Assembly (NCBI GenBank): GCA_964291215.2
Contig: OZ219790.1
Location: 1,568,001 to 1,632,000 of the forward strand
DNA length: 64,000 nucleotides
Reading direction: 5' to 3'
Source: Alphaproteobacteria bacterium
GTDB lineage: Bacteria; Pseudomonadota; Alphaproteobacteria; MPNO01; UBA830
Shown: positions 62,935 through 64,000 of the stretch, piece after piece
Layout: each line of letters opens with the position of its first letter
Numbering within the stretch: the stretch's first letter is position 1
The notes under the pieces: generated by a model
What the model was told of the DNA's origin: nothing
The model's database searches: none
The model's input: only the letters and a program-made list of their open reading frames with translations
Made by a program: the position numbers and the translations under genes

Positions 62935-63444
62935 TCACGGCCGCAACGCAACATGGCCACAGCTTCCGCAGGTGCGGTGTTCCTCGGAATCGAAGAAATT
63001 TGCATAGGCATTCGAGACCGGATCCTTCGCGTAGTCGTCGACCACGAACGTCTCCTCGTGCAGAAAAGCATCGCATGAGGGACAGTACCACTGGAAACGG
63101 TCGATTTCGCCGCCGCGGCGCATGCGCTCCGAGACCAGAAGATAGGCGTCCGGCGGAAACCGCGGCGAATGCGGTATGCCGGCAGCGGTATAGATCGTGC
63201 AGCCCTCCCTGACGACGGCCACATCCTCCTCTCCTTCCGGCGTGCGGTAGTGAAGATTCATCTCGCCGCGCAGCATGGTCATGGTTTCATCGCCGGGATT
63301 GATGTGGAACTCGCTGCGATACGGGCGGCCACGCGCGACGAACACCAGAGATTCAGGCGTCTGCCACAACACGTGGACATGTGCCCCCGTTCGGCCGAGT
63401 TCCTCGGATATCGCGTTGAGGTCAGCAACTGGCATAGGCAACAT
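62935..63444 (-). CDS. 3-hydroxyanthranilate 3,4-dioxygenase-like cupin
   Basis: RSEFHINPGDE, IPHSPR, WYCPSC...RTCGSCG. Confidence 0.82.
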   Translation of the reverse strand: MLPMPVADLNAISEELGRTGAHVHVLWQTPESLVFVARGRPYRSEFHINPGDETMTMLRGEMNLHYRTPEGEEDVAVVREGCTIYTAAGIPHSPRFPPDAYLLVSERMRRGGEIDRFQWYCPSCDAFLHEETFVVDDYAKDPVSNAYANFFDSEEHRTCGSCGHVALRP

Positions 63445-63521
63445 TCGCTTGTCTCCCTTGCTTAACCAGCGGGCTGCGGCGACGCCAGCTGGCCGACATT
63501 AGCGGGATGCGGTGCCGTCCA

Positions 63522-64000
63522 TCATCCGGCCCCTTCCGATGCGGCCGGCGCCGACCTGCCAAGGATCATGTCGGAGGCCTTTTCCGCCACCATCACCACG
63601 ACCGCATTGATGTTTCCTCCGACGAGGTCGGGGAAAATCGACGCGTCAGCGACGCGAAGCCCGTCCACTCCGCGCACCCTGAGTTCCGAATCGACAACCG
63701 AGTTCTGGTCGGCACCCATCCGGCAGGTACTTGCCGGATGATATACCGTCGTCAACGTCTCGCGAACGAAGGCATCCACCTCGTCATCGCTGTTCACGTC
63801 GTCTCCCGGCATCAGTTCCTTGCCGCGCGCGCCGTCGAATGCCGGCTGCGCTACTAGCCGGCGGATAAGCCGGAAACTCTCTCGCTGCACTAACCGATCG
63901 GTCTCGGTCGCAAGGAAGTTGTTCTGGATGCGTACCGGATCGACAGGATCGGCCGAACGCAGGCGCACAGTGCCACGGCTCTCGGGACGCAAATGGCAAG
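63522..64000 (-). CDS. GMC oxidoreductase (choline dehydrogenase-like), C-terminal part
   Basis: RPESRG, YHPASTCRMG, LRVADASIFP, GGNINA; runs off the window edge. Confidence 0.88.
   Translation of the reverse strand, partial: CHLRPESRGTVRLRSADPVDPVRIQNNFLATETDRLVQRESFRLIRRLVAQPAFDGARGKELMPGDDVNSDDEVDAFVRETLTTVYHPASTCRMGADQNSVVDSELRVRGVDGLRVADASIFPDLVGGNINAVVVMVAEKASDMILGRSAPAASEGAG

Overview
High-GC (roughly 65-70%) alphaproteobacterial chromosome segment. It is probably Rhodospirillales-like, judging from the murA-hisG-hisD order and a tRNA-His that keeps G-1:C73. Intact metabolic operons alternate with dense clusters of nested, decayed insertion sequences: IS256, two IS630, two IS66 types, IS4, IS30, ISAs1, IS1634-like, ISNCY/ISDol1-like, an unclassified CAGA-ended element, several MITEs and a group II intron 5' fragment. 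Host genes include a kinase/atypical enolase/2-hydroxyacid dehydrogenase operon, a three-subunit Mo hydroxylase, two amidohydrolases, tandem MBL hydrolases, def, a macro-domain gene, a DsbA-family selenoprotein (in-frame TGA in a UxxC motif), an exonuclease-CBS-DUF294 fusion beside an ActP-like symporter, tRNA-Thr and tRNA-His. The strongest signal is that the IS copies are riddled with stereotyped 5-7 nt (mostly 6 nt) microdeletions every few tens of bases while host ORFs stay open. Among three IS66 copies these deletions are shared in all three pairwise combinations, which cannot come from simple descent. This points to recurrent site-directed deletion, deletion-biased gene conversion, or an assembly artefact that must be excluded. 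All family assignments come from motif recognition, not database searches.
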